The notes under the pieces were generated by a model. That model saw only the letters and a list, made by a program, of their open reading frames with translations. It had not been told where the DNA came from and did no database searches. A stretch of 64,000 nucleotides of DNA from an uncultured delta proteobacterium. Its GTDB lineage: Bacteria > Desulfobacterota > Binatia > Binatales > Binataceae. This document shows, piece by piece, positions 1-8,956 of the stretch (its first letter is position 1; every line of letters begins with the position of its first letter). Where the stretch lies: assembly GCA_963842085.1 (NCBI GenBank), contig CAWJET010000002.1, positions 128,001 to 192,000 of the forward strand. The letters run 5' to 3'. The position numbers were made by a program, and so were the translations under genes.

Positions 1-2
1 AA

Positions 3-683
3 TTGGTCGCGCCGGTGTCGCTCGGAGTTGACGCGCTTACCAACATCGATTTGCTGATCGACGTCGACAACCTGATCGAGTCCGGCGGCTTGGTCTCGGC
101 GCAGGCTCTGACGGAAGCGGGCGAGCGCGAGCTGCTCAAGAGTGCGGTCGCGCTGCATCGCTTTCGCGGCACGCCGTGGGCGGTGAAGCAGGCGCTCGCG
201 TCTTTGGGATGGACGCAGGTCACCCTGCTCGAAGGACAATTGAGCTGGGGTGGCGACGCGTATCCGCCGAACCAGGGATGGGCGGCGTTCCGCGTGATGA
301 TCGATCTGGCGGCCGGACAGGGCGTATCGATTGGCGCGGCCTCGACGGCCTCGGCAGCGGTAAATTTCTTCAAACCGGCACGCGCGTGGCTGGACTCGTT
401 ATGGTTTGCGGTGCCGGCGATTTCCGACGTGGGGCCCGCGCCATCAGACCGGTTGACGCTCGGCGGAATTGCCGAGTACCAGCTCGACGCGGCGCCCGCG
501 CCGAGCGACAACGCGCTGGCGCTTGCAGTGGCGACGGCGTCGCTGACCGATGCGTACGGTCCGATTGTACCCGCTTACGACGGTCACTATCTGCACAGCG
601 GGATTACTTACGGCGTCAACGAACCCGCGGTTGCAGACTCGGCGCTGATCGTCAGCGGCGCAGCCGTATTGCACGGAGGTTAA
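3..683 (+). CDS. Phage tail protein, P2 gpI-like baseplate wedge (5'-partial)
   Basis: RELLKSAVALHRFRGTPWAVKQAL and FKPARAWL match the Tail_P2_I pattern; ORF is open at the window edge. Confidence 0.8.
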   Translation: MVAPVSLGVDALTNIDLLIDVDNLIESGGLVSAQALTEAGERELLKSAVALHRFRGTPWAVKQALASLGWTQVTLLEGQLSWGGDAYPPNQGWAAFRVMIDLAAGQGVSIGAASTASAAVNFFKPARAWLDSLWFAVPAISDVGPAPSDRLTLGGIAEYQLDAAPAPSDNALALAVATASLTDAYGPIVPAYDGHYLHSGITYGVNEPAVADSALIVSGAAVLHGG

Positions 684-684
684 A

Positions 685-1149
685 ATGAGCAGGCCGATTG
701 GAATCGTGCGAGTCCGCCTGGTCGAGCGCGGCCGTATCGTATGGGCATACGAGGGCCGCAATCTTTTCGTGAACGCCGGGCTGCCGGCGCTCGCAGCGCT
801 GCTCGGCGGCGATACCACCGGCGAATTCGCAGCTGCGGTCGGATTCGGCTCGGGAACGAACGTGCCGACGGTGGCCGACACGGCGCTGACCGCGCCCGCA
901 TATTACAAGGCGCTCGACGGCCACAGCGAAGACGGCAACGGCAGCGTGACCTTCAACTGGTCGCTGACGACGGGCGATACGGGCGCGCAGGGGATCACCA
1001 TTCAGGAGCTGGCGATCTTCGCCAATCATGCCAGCGCGGCACTGCCCGGAACGACCGCGCCGACCCCGATGCTCGCGCGCAAGACGATCGCGCCAATAGT
1101 ATTTGGCGCAGGAATGAGTATTAGCGGCACGTGGACGCTTACTTTCTGA
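685..1149 (+). CDS. Phage tail-fibre-associated/baseplate protein
   Basis: NLFVNAG...GFGSG...DTAL...IQELAIF...ARKT pattern typical of genes between gpI and tail fibre; GGAGG RBS. Confidence 0.6.
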   Translation: MSRPIGIVRVRLVERGRIVWAYEGRNLFVNAGLPALAALLGGDTTGEFAAAVGFGSGTNVPTVADTALTAPAYYKALDGHSEDGNGSVTFNWSLTTGDTGAQGITIQELAIFANHASAALPGTTAPTPMLARKTIAPIVFGAGMSISGTWTLTF

Positions 1150-1157
1150 GGTAGTCA

Positions 1158-1730
1158 ATGGCTACACTAATCGACGCAGCCGAGTACACCTCGAATGAGG
1201 TGTATCAGATTCAAGCAACCGATCCGGTCGAAGGCGCTGCCAGCGGCGCGAGTTTCAGCGGCACCGGCATCTCGAATCAACCGCATCAGCAACTGGCTAA
1301 TCGCACCGCATTTCTGAAACAGCGGCAGGACGTAAATATCTCGAATATCGGAGTATTGCAGGCGTTCCAGGCATTGTTTACCGGCCTGATGGCGCAAAAT
1401 GGCTACTTGAAGATTCCCGTCGCGGACATAAATCGCGGGCTCGTCCAGTATATTATCCAGTGGGGTCTTGGGAACTGGGGCAGCAAGCAGAGCGAGGGAC
1501 TCTATGGGCCTTATTCCTTCCCGATTGCCTTCCCCAACGCGTGCGAAGTGTTCATGCCGGTGACATTGACGCCGGAGTCGCCCGGCCATGCAGGCGCCGG
1601 CGATAACGTCCTGATGATCAGCGCCAGCTACCTCCCGACCACCTCACAGTTCTGGGTCTGGAACAACAGTCCTGGTCCCGACTCGACTGATGCTTCGCAA
1701 GGCTTTTACTGGTTCGCGATCGGATTCTGA
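1158..1730 (+). CDS. Short tail-fibre protein with gp53-like C-terminal domain
   Basis: N-terminal VYQI..DPVEG...NQPHQQLANRT.FLK fibre-attachment motif; C-terminal NGYLKIP..IIQWG..FPIAFPNAC..YWFAIGF. Confidence 0.75.
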   Translation: MATLIDAAEYTSNEVYQIQATDPVEGAASGASFSGTGISNQPHQQLANRTAFLKQRQDVNISNIGVLQAFQALFTGLMAQNGYLKIPVADINRGLVQYIIQWGLGNWGSKQSEGLYGPYSFPIAFPNACEVFMPVTLTPESPGHAGAGDNVLMISASYLPTTSQFWVWNNSPGPDSTDASQGFYWFAIGF

Positions 1731-1764
1731 GGCTATCAAGAAAGCTTGCGATGGGTGGATGGAG

Positions 1765-4293
1765 ATGAATTTGAGACGGACGATTTCGCCAGCGGTCGCA
1801 GCCGTGATGTTCGCCGCGACGATCCTGCTGTCTATGAGTTCCGGGGCGCTGGCGCAGAATCTGCCGCCGCCCGGAGCTTATCAGCCGATACCGAACTTCA
1901 CGGGTGTGGGCGCGGGGTTGCAGTTCCGCGAAGCGATCAACCAGCGATTTTCCGGCAGCCAGCCGATCTCACCCGCGATAGTCACGCCGACCTTTGCCAA
2001 TCTGCCAGCTGAGCAGGATGGGATGTTGCTCTTCTGCAAGGACTGCAGGAGTGCGACGCCGTGCGTGAGCGGCGGAGCCGGTGCGTGGGCCCTGGGTACT
2101 CGAGGACAATGGGCATGCGCAGGCGCCGCGCTGGAAGCGAGCCTCAACGCGAATGGCAACAAGGTATCGAACCTCGCCAGCGCGACCGTCAATGGCGACG
2201 CGCTCGCGTTCGGACAGACGGGCGCGCAGCTCAACACGCTGTCGGGCTCGAAGCTCGACGGCAGCGACGCAATCGCCAATGTCAGCGTAAATGGCGCGCG
2301 CAACGCGGCGGATTATGGCGTCGTTTCCGGCTCGCAGAACACGGGCAGCGTCACAATCTCAGCCGGCTCGACGTCCGCGACGCTCGCGGCGGCTGGCGAC
2401 TGGGAAAACGGCGAGCGTATCGCGGTTCCGGGCGCTGGCCCAACGCCGTCGATTGCGACGCCCACGGCGCCGACCGTCGCCGCGACGTGCTCAGGTACGT
2501 GTGCAACGGGCTATACCTACAAAGTTGCCGCGCTCGACGGAAAGTGCGGTGAGACCGCGGCTAGTGTTGCGAGCACAAGCGTAAATAATGCGGTCACTCT
2601 GACCGAAGCAAAGTTCAACATGCTCACGATACCGACAGCGGCAGGTTACACTGCATTCGTCGTTTATCGCGGTACGTCGCCAATCGCGATCATTCCTGCG
2701 TCGGAAGAGAACGCCAGCAACGTCAGCCCGGCGACCTACTATCGCGACATCGGTGGAAGTGCCATCACGATTGTCAGCCCGTGCCTTTCGGCGACGCCGC
2801 CAAGCAGCGCCGGTGCGGATGCGCTCTACACGACGATCTCAAGCGGCGGCGGCACGACGATTCTGACCTTGGCGAACGCGGCGACCACCAGCGTTACGTC
2901 CGCGACCAGCTATCATGACGACTCTGTGGCTATTGCGACCGCCGCGACGCCCACGAGCTACGCGACGGGTGTGCGCGTTGCGCTGCCGCCCAATGTGAGG
3001 TTTGCGGTGAGTCAGCCGATTGTGGTCGGCGGCGTGCCCGGTGCTTCCAGCAATACATGGGCTGGCATTCAGCTAACCGGCGGTTCGTACACGTCGATTG
3101 CGACTACGCCGATGATGCAGGGGATGAGCGTCATCAAGGGCGTCAATACTTTTCAGATGGCGACGGATGACATCGACATTGACGAGAGCAACGGATCGGC
3201 GCTCTGCGCGGTCGAGCATAATGTAAACAACCCTGTAGGCGGAATCGGTGGCGCATACGTCGGCGAGAGTCAGGACACCAACCTGAATTTCTCGACCGGC
3301 CAGCCATACTATGGGATCTGCTACACGGCCGCGGCGGGCTACGACCAGAACAATTCAGAGAACTTCATTCGTGCACTGCAAGGCTCGGCCGTTAACGCAG
3401 CAGTCTTAATTGGACACTCGCAGTCGCTTCAAAACACTATCTACGGCGGCAACTTTGCGGGCGTTGGCGAGGGCGCGATAGAGTTGCATGGCGGCTCGTT
3501 TCACATGCTTGGCGGTATCTCTAGCTCGAATGTGTGGATGTTCGACTTCGAGGCTGGTGGCTACGACCATCAGAGTAGTGCGACCGGAGTTACTGTCGAG
3601 ATCGGGCCTGCGACTCTCTATGCTGCTGCGGCTGCGACTTTTTACGGTAGTAACAACGGTATGTCTATTACGAACTCCGATCTAGGTATGCAGTCCACCA
3701 GCACGGGCGGGCTAGCGGTTGACGTCGAGAACACGGGTTTTGTGCTGCACGTCAGCAATTCTCGCTGGCAAGATGGGGGTGCTGCCGAAAACATCACCTT
3801 CAAGGGCTCCTTGGCAACTATTACTGATAGCTGGTCAGGCGCGGGCGCAATTATCAACGGTAGCGGTATAATGAACATTTGGCGCACAGAGTTCGCCAGT
3901 GGCGCTCCCACCATTACCAACGGCGGCACCTTTTGCGGGCAGCAGAATATCCCCATAGGTGTTCTTCCAGGTTCTCCGCTCAATGCACGCCCTCAAAGCG
4001 CTCCGTGGGATTCCGCGGTCGTTCAAACAGTAATTACCGGCGTGACGGCGGGCACAGCGGTTTGCTCTCAGCCATTCGCAGGCCCCAGCTATGTTAAAGC
4101 GATTTGTTACTTGAACGGCTACGAGAACACGACCGGCACGGCGCAGACCTATACGTATCCACATTCCTTTATTCAGAATCCCTATCTCGCGCACGACGAT
4201 TCAGGCGGCTCAACCGCCAATACTACGACGCTGACCTTTCCAGCGACCATGAGCAGCACCAAGACTGGCTGGGTGGTGGTCGAGGGCTATTAA
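1765..4293 (+). CDS. Large secreted tailspike/adhesin-like protein (signal peptide, Cys cluster, putative beta-helix)
   Basis: ATG at 1765 gives MNLRRTISPAVAAVMFAATILLSMSSGALA|Q (Sec signal-like); CKDC..PC..WAC cluster; Thr/Ser/Gly/Asn-rich body; follows tail-fibre gene. Confidence 0.6.
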   Translation: MNLRRTISPAVAAVMFAATILLSMSSGALAQNLPPPGAYQPIPNFTGVGAGLQFREAINQRFSGSQPISPAIVTPTFANLPAEQDGMLLFCKDCRSATPCVSGGAGAWALGTRGQWACAGAALEASLNANGNKVSNLASATVNGDALAFGQTGAQLNTLSGSKLDGSDAIANVSVNGARNAADYGVVSGSQNTGSVTISAGSTSATLAAAGDWENGERIAVPGAGPTPSIATPTAPTVAATCSGTCATGYTYKVAALDGKCGETAASVASTSVNNAVTLTEAKFNMLTIPTAAGYTAFVVYRGTSPIAIIPASEENASNVSPATYYRDIGGSAITIVSPCLSATPPSSAGADALYTTISSGGGTTILTLANAATTSVTSATSYHDDSVAIATAATPTSYATGVRVALPPNVRFAVSQPIVVGGVPGASSNTWAGIQLTGGSYTSIATTPMMQGMSVIKGVNTFQMATDDIDIDESNGSALCAVEHNVNNPVGGIGGAYVGESQDTNLNFSTGQPYYGICYTAAAGYDQNNSENFIRALQGSAVNAAVLIGHSQSLQNTIYGGNFAGVGEGAIELHGGSFHMLGGISSSNVWMFDFEAGGYDHQSSATGVTVEIGPATLYAAAAATFYGSNNGMSITNSDLGMQSTSTGGLAVDVENTGFVLHVSNSRWQDGGAAENITFKGSLATITDSWSGAGAIINGSGIMNIWRTEFASGAPTITNGGTFCGQQNIPIGVLPGSPLNARPQSAPWDSAVVQTVITGVTAGTAVCSQPFAGPSYVKAICYLNGYENTTGTAQTYTYPHSFIQNPYLAHDDSGGSTANTTTLTFPATMSSTKTGWVVVEGY

Positions 4294-4310
4294 CGACACG
4301 TAGCTAAGCG

Positions 4311-5759
4311 TCAACCGAGCCTCTCGATGACGCGTTCCATCGCGATTCCGCGCGAACCCTTGACCAGCAACACGTCGCCGGGCCGGAGCAGACCGGCAAC
4401 TATGCGTGCTGCGGCGACACTGTCCGGCGCGGCGAGCACTTCGATCGTACTCGAGTCGCGAGACACGACTTCGCGCGCCGAGTTCATCTCGGGGCCGACG
4501 GCGACGAAGGCGGCGGGATGCGAGCGCATCACATCGCGAATCGCTTCCTGATGCGCGGCCGCCGACTGCTCGCCCAGTTCGAGCATATCGCCCATCGCGA
4601 TCACGAGGCGGGCGCCGAGACCGTCGGCAACCTCGCGCGCGGCCGCCAGCGCGGCCCGAATCGAGCGAGGATTCGAGTTGTAAGTATCGTCGATCACGAA
4701 GATGCCGTTGATCGACGCGTTGGCGAGCCGGCCGGCTACCGGCAGGACGCCGGCAAGCGCGCCGGCGATAGCAGCGAGCTCGCGCGATTCGAGCGGCGCC
4801 GCACGCATCGCGGCCACGCCGGCGATCGCGGCGGCGCAGTTGAGAGCCGCGGCCTCGCCCAGCAGCGCGATTTCAGTTTCGATGAAAGGCCCGGCTCCGG
4901 CGGCGAGAAGGTCGCGGGCGATTTCGATTCTGATGCGCGAGCGGGCGCCGGCGCTGCGGCTGACGAGCCGGAGATGAGCGCCGGGCGATTTACCAAATGT
5001 GATTCGCCGCAGACGTTTCGGAATCCGCGCCAGCACCATCGGTTCGTCGGCCGACGCGACCGCATACTGCGTGGCAGTCGAAAACAGCGCAGCTTCCTCG
5101 TCGGCGATATCGTCCAGGGTGCCGAGACCTTCGCTGTGTTCGAGGTCGACGTTCAGGACCATCGCGACTTGAGGCTCAACGATTTGCGCCAGTTTCGGAA
5201 TTTCGCCGCGCGTGTTGGTACCGCACTCGAGGACGGCCGCTCGATGTTCGCCGGTGAGCGTGAAAATCGTCATTGGCACGCCGATCAGATTGTTCAGATT
5301 GCCGGGCGTGGAAAGCGTGGATCCGAACATCGCAGCGGCGACGGCGGCGGTGAGTTCCTTGGTGGTGGTCTTGCCGACGGCGCCGCCGATTGCGATGAGC
5401 GGAAGCGCGCGGGCCGCGCGGGTGCGCGTGAGATGATGGTGCGCGAGCCTGCCGAGAGCGGCGAGGGTGTCCTCGACCTCGATGCAATCGAGAGCAGGGT
5501 GACGCCGGCCATTCGCGACGATTGCGGCAGCGGCGCCGCGCACGGCGGCTTGCGCGAGATAATCATGACCGTCGGACGCCGCGCCGCGCAACGCGACGAA
5601 CATGGCGCGGAGCTCGATCGAGCGGGTATCGATGCTGACGCCGCGGATGCCATCGCCGGCAGCAACCGTCGAAGTGGCGCGGACCAGCGTACCTGCCGTA
5701 GCCTCGACAACTTCGGCGGGTGTGAACTGGCACTGATTGCCGGGAATCGGCGTCGCCAT
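4311..5759 (-). CDS. murF: UDP-N-acetylmuramoyl-tripeptide--D-Ala-D-Ala ligase
   Basis: SIDTRS, DGHDY, GKTTTKE, GNLNNLIGVP, DDTYNSNP, GDMLELG, VLLVKGSRG motifs. Confidence 0.93.
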   Translation of the reverse strand: MATPIPGNQCQFTPAEVVEATAGTLVRATSTVAAGDGIRGVSIDTRSIELRAMFVALRGAASDGHDYLAQAAVRGAAAAIVANGRRHPALDCIEVEDTLAALGRLAHHHLTRTRAARALPLIAIGGAVGKTTTKELTAAVAAAMFGSTLSTPGNLNNLIGVPMTIFTLTGEHRAAVLECGTNTRGEIPKLAQIVEPQVAMVLNVDLEHSEGLGTLDDIADEEAALFSTATQYAVASADEPMVLARIPKRLRRITFGKSPGAHLRLVSRSAGARSRIRIEIARDLLAAGAGPFIETEIALLGEAAALNCAAAIAGVAAMRAAPLESRELAAIAGALAGVLPVAGRLANASINGIFVIDDTYNSNPRSIRAALAAAREVADGLGARLVIAMGDMLELGEQSAAAHQEAIRDVMRSHPAAFVAVGPEMNSAREVVSRDSSTIEVLAAPDSVAAARIVAGLLRPGDVLLVKGSRGIAMERVIERLG

Positions 5760-5856
5760 CGCGAATACATTGTGCCGAAATATCCGCGGCGCTCATACCG
5801 CTGCCGCTTGACATGGGAGCAGGCGCGAATCAGCCTGCTGCGTACGAGGGACCACG

Positions 5857-6351
5857 ATGGCGGACAGCAAGGCGCCGATTGTCGGCGTGATTATGGGCAG
5901 CAAGAGCGACTGGGAGTACATGTCGGCGGCGGCCGAGGTCATGGAAGAACTTCAAGTGTCGCATGAAGTTCGGGTCATGTCGGCGCATAGAACGCCCGAC
6001 CTCACTTCGGAATATGCGGCGAAGGCGGCGGGCCGCGGAATCCGCGCGATCATCGCCGGCGCCGGCGGCGCGGCGCATCTTGCGGGCGTGGTCGCGTCGA
6101 AAACGATGCTCCCGGTGATTGGCGTGCCGATGCCGACGACGCCGCTCAATGGAATCGATTCGCTGCTGTCGATCGTGCAGATGCCCAAGGGGGTGCCGGT
6201 CGCGACGATGGCGATTGGCAAAGCCGGCGCGGCGAATGCGGGGTTGCTGGCGGCGCAAATAATCGCGCTCGGCGACGCGAAGCTCGGCGAGCGGTTGGTA
6301 AAATGGCGCGCCGCGCGGGCGCAGGAACTGTTGCAGCAGAAGATTCCCTAG
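5857..6351 (+). CDS. purE: N5-carboxyaminoimidazole ribonucleotide mutase
   Basis: IMGSKSD, SAHRTP, AGAGGAAHLAG, SIVQMPKGVPVAT motifs. Confidence 0.96.
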   Translation: MADSKAPIVGVIMGSKSDWEYMSAAAEVMEELQVSHEVRVMSAHRTPDLTSEYAAKAAGRGIRAIIAGAGGAAHLAGVVASKTMLPVIGVPMPTTPLNGIDSLLSIVQMPKGVPVATMAIGKAGAANAGLLAAQIIALGDAKLGERLVKWRAARAQELLQQKIP

Positions 6352-6420
6352 CATTCGGTGCGGCTCCGATTCAGCTCGCGCGCAGGCACTCGGACTGCGT
6401 GTCGTGCTAGAATTTGTGCG

Positions 6421-7482
6421 ATGACGAAACGGGACATCGACACGCCCGCATTGATTCTCGACCTCGACGCGGTCGAGGAAAATATCCGAACGATGGGGGA
6501 ATACTTTGCCGCACGGCCGCAAAAACTCCGGCCGCATTTCAAGACGCCGAAGACGCCGGAAGTCGCGCGGCGGCAGCTCGCGGCCGGCGCGATCGGAATA
6601 ACGGCGTCGAAGCTCGGCGAGGTCGAGGTGTTGGCGCGCGCCGGGCTCGGTCCGGTTCTGCTCGCGAATCAGATCGCGGGACCGGCCAAGATCGATCGGT
6701 TTTTCAAAGCCGCGGCGCAGATCGGTTTGATCGGAACAATCGAGAGCGAGTTCAACGTGCGCGAGCTCGAGGCGGGTGCGGCGCGGGCCGGCCGCGCGGC
6801 CGACGTGATAATCGAAGTCGATACGGGGATGCATCGATGCGGCACCGAGACGCCCGAAGAGACGGTCGAGCTTGCGCGGCGCGCGAAGCGGGCAGGGCTC
6901 AAGTACCGCGGAGTGATGGGCTATGAAGGCCACGCCGTGCTCGTACCGGATCGGGAGAAGCGAATCGCAACGGCGCGTGAGGCGTTGACCACGCTCAGCC
7001 GCCACGTCGAGGCGCTGCGGGCGGCGGGGCTCGCGCCCGAGATAGTGAGCGCGGGCGGGACCGGCACCTACGACATCGCGGGCAACTGGCCCGACGTAAC
7101 CGAAGTGCAGGCCGGTTCGTACGTTTTCATGGACGGCGCCTATCGGACAGTGCGGCCGGATCTGGGGCGTCCGGCGCTGACGCTGCTTGCGACGGTAATT
7201 TCGCGGCGCGGCAATCGTGCGATAATCGACGCGGGGATGAAATCGCTGACCAACGAATTCGGTCCGCCGACGGTCAAGGATACCGCGCTCAAAGTAGTGC
7301 ACCTGTCCGAGGAACACGGCGGTGTTGCGGCTGGGGAAAGCAGCCTCGAGCCGGGATCGAAAATCGAGATAATACCGAGCCATAATGACACGACGATCAA
7401 TCTGCATAGTGAGTATTACGTGGTGAGGGGCGACGAGGTAATCGCAACCTGGCCGATAGAGGCAGCGCGCGCGTACCGGTGA
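6421..7482 (+). CDS. DSD1/D-threonine aldolase family PLP-dependent enzyme (fold type III)
   Basis: DTPALILD, RPHFKT (PLP Lys), GYEGH, GGTGT, EVQAGSYVFMD, SEEHG. Confidence 0.85.
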   Translation: MTKRDIDTPALILDLDAVEENIRTMGEYFAARPQKLRPHFKTPKTPEVARRQLAAGAIGITASKLGEVEVLARAGLGPVLLANQIAGPAKIDRFFKAAAQIGLIGTIESEFNVRELEAGAARAGRAADVIIEVDTGMHRCGTETPEETVELARRAKRAGLKYRGVMGYEGHAVLVPDREKRIATAREALTTLSRHVEALRAAGLAPEIVSAGGTGTYDIAGNWPDVTEVQAGSYVFMDGAYRTVRPDLGRPALTLLATVISRRGNRAIIDAGMKSLTNEFGPPTVKDTALKVVHLSEEHGGVAAGESSLEPGSKIEIIPSHNDTTINLHSEYYVVRGDEVIATWPIEAARAYR

Positions 7483-7489
7483 GTAGTCA

Positions 7490-8152
7490 GTGCGTCGAAT
7501 TGGATATCACGCGATCGCCGCAGTAGCTGTCTCAGTAGCTATTGCCGTGGCTATTGGCGGATACGCACAAGCAGCCGATATCAGGACGGCCGGCAAGCTG
7601 ACTCCGCCTGCAAACGCCAGCGTGGTTGCGATTTGCACCGATCCAGTAGTGCAGAATGTGCTGAACGAAGATCTGCGGGCGGCGCGGCATGGTCAGCCGT
7701 CCAATCCGGACAGTTCGGTGACGCTGACCGTGACGGTGAGTCAGCAAATGCTGGCGCCGGGAGTGTCGTTGAATCAGATGTTCCCGGGCGATCCATCGAT
7801 GGTTGAATTGCTGAAAGAGGCCGGCGCTGAGTCGCCGCCACTGGGCGACAGCGGTAATCAGCCGATCGATCCGTTCGCGCAGCAGGCCCGCCGTCAGGCA
7901 CTGTCCCCGGACGATCCGATGACGGAGCAGTTCAAAGCCTACGAGGCGAGCCGACAGGCCCTGGGCAATGCGCCGACGCCCTATGACAGTATCCCGAAGA
8001 ACCAGATTTACGACACGGTGATCGTCGCGCGCGCGTCGTTGGAAGGCGCGCCCGATGAGCTAAAGGTGGTCGCGGTCGTGCACTCGGGCGACGACGCGCG
8101 GCGGGCCAAGGAGCTAGTCGCCGAAGAGATCGCCAACGCGGTGCTGCACTAG
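7490..8152 (+). CDS. Secreted hypothetical protein
   Basis: GTG start, hydrophobic N-terminus ending AQA; co-oriented 7 bp after the upstream gene. Confidence 0.65.
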   Translation: MRRIGYHAIAAVAVSVAIAVAIGGYAQAADIRTAGKLTPPANASVVAICTDPVVQNVLNEDLRAARHGQPSNPDSSVTLTVTVSQQMLAPGVSLNQMFPGDPSMVELLKEAGAESPPLGDSGNQPIDPFAQQARRQALSPDDPMTEQFKAYEASRQALGNAPTPYDSIPKNQIYDTVIVARASLEGAPDELKVVAVVHSGDDARRAKELVAEEIANAVLH

Positions 8153-8155
8153 TAA

Positions 8156-8884
8156 TCAGTCGTCTGTAGCCGCCCGCGGAAGCGGCCGTGGCGGGGCAGA
8201 ACGATTAGCCGGGGACGGGACGCTCGCAGCGGGCGGAGCGCCCGCAGCGCCGGTCGAGACGCCGTTGCGAAGCGGTGGCGCGGCGGGTGCGGGCGCCTCG
8301 GGATTCGTCACGATCGTCGCCGGCGGCAGTGTTTCGTTTGGCGTCTCGGCCTTGGGCGCCGTCTCTGCCTGCGCTGGCGCCATCGCAGCCGTCGCCACCG
8401 GGGCGGGCGAGGAGGCAGGAGCCGGCCTGGCTGCCTCGTGTTCCACAAACCGGCGCCATGCGAAGTCTGCCATCAAGACCAGCACAGCGGCGACCAATAC
8501 CGCGAACGCGATTCGGGTTGCGGCGCCGGACTTCTTCGTGACCACCGTGATCTCTTGCGAGATGCGCACGACGTTGGCCTCGGCGTGTTGGACGTCGGTG
8601 ACGAAGCGGGAGGCAATTTCCTCGGCGTCGAGACCCAGGAATACTGCGTAGCGGCGGAGGAACGGGACCAGGTAGAGCCGATCCGAAATCATGTCGTAGC
8701 TGTCGGTCTCGATCATCTTGACGTAATGCGGGGGCAGATGAGCCTCGTTGGCGACTTGCTCGCAGGTCATGCCCTTGCGTTCGCGGGTTTCCGTGATCAA
8801 GTGACCGAGCGAAGGTTGCGACCCAGCGCCCTCGGCGCCGGGATCGGCAGCTTGCAGTTTGCGTTTGGATGTCTTGTCAGCCAC
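8156..8884 (-). CDS. RodZ-like HTH membrane protein
   Basis: HTH_25-like LG..I..TRE.KGMT..QVA....YVKMIE...FLRRYA.FLGLD, one TM helix, Pro/Ala-rich tail. Confidence 0.8.
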   Translation of the reverse strand: MADKTSKRKLQAADPGAEGAGSQPSLGHLITETRERKGMTCEQVANEAHLPPHYVKMIETDSYDMISDRLYLVPFLRRYAVFLGLDAEEIASRFVTDVQHAEANVVRISQEITVVTKKSGAATRIAFAVLVAAVLVLMADFAWRRFVEHEAARPAPASSPAPVATAAMAPAQAETAPKAETPNETLPPATIVTNPEAPAPAAPPLRNGVSTGAAGAPPAASVPSPANRSAPPRPLPRAATDD

Positions 8885-8956
8885 CTGCGATCAATCGCTC
8901 CCGCAAGAAAGCTACAGTCGAACGCGTCTGAATCCAAGTCCTCGGGACGAGGACGG

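Noticed and set aside
1390-1730. Tail-fibre tip as a DGR target
   Set aside because: No template repeat or reverse transcriptase seen in the window.
4518-7407. Long antisense ORFs 4518..5966(+) and 5830..7407(-)
   Set aside because: They shadow murF, purE and the PLP enzyme. They are Arg/Ala-rich with no motifs, as expected in high-GC DNA.
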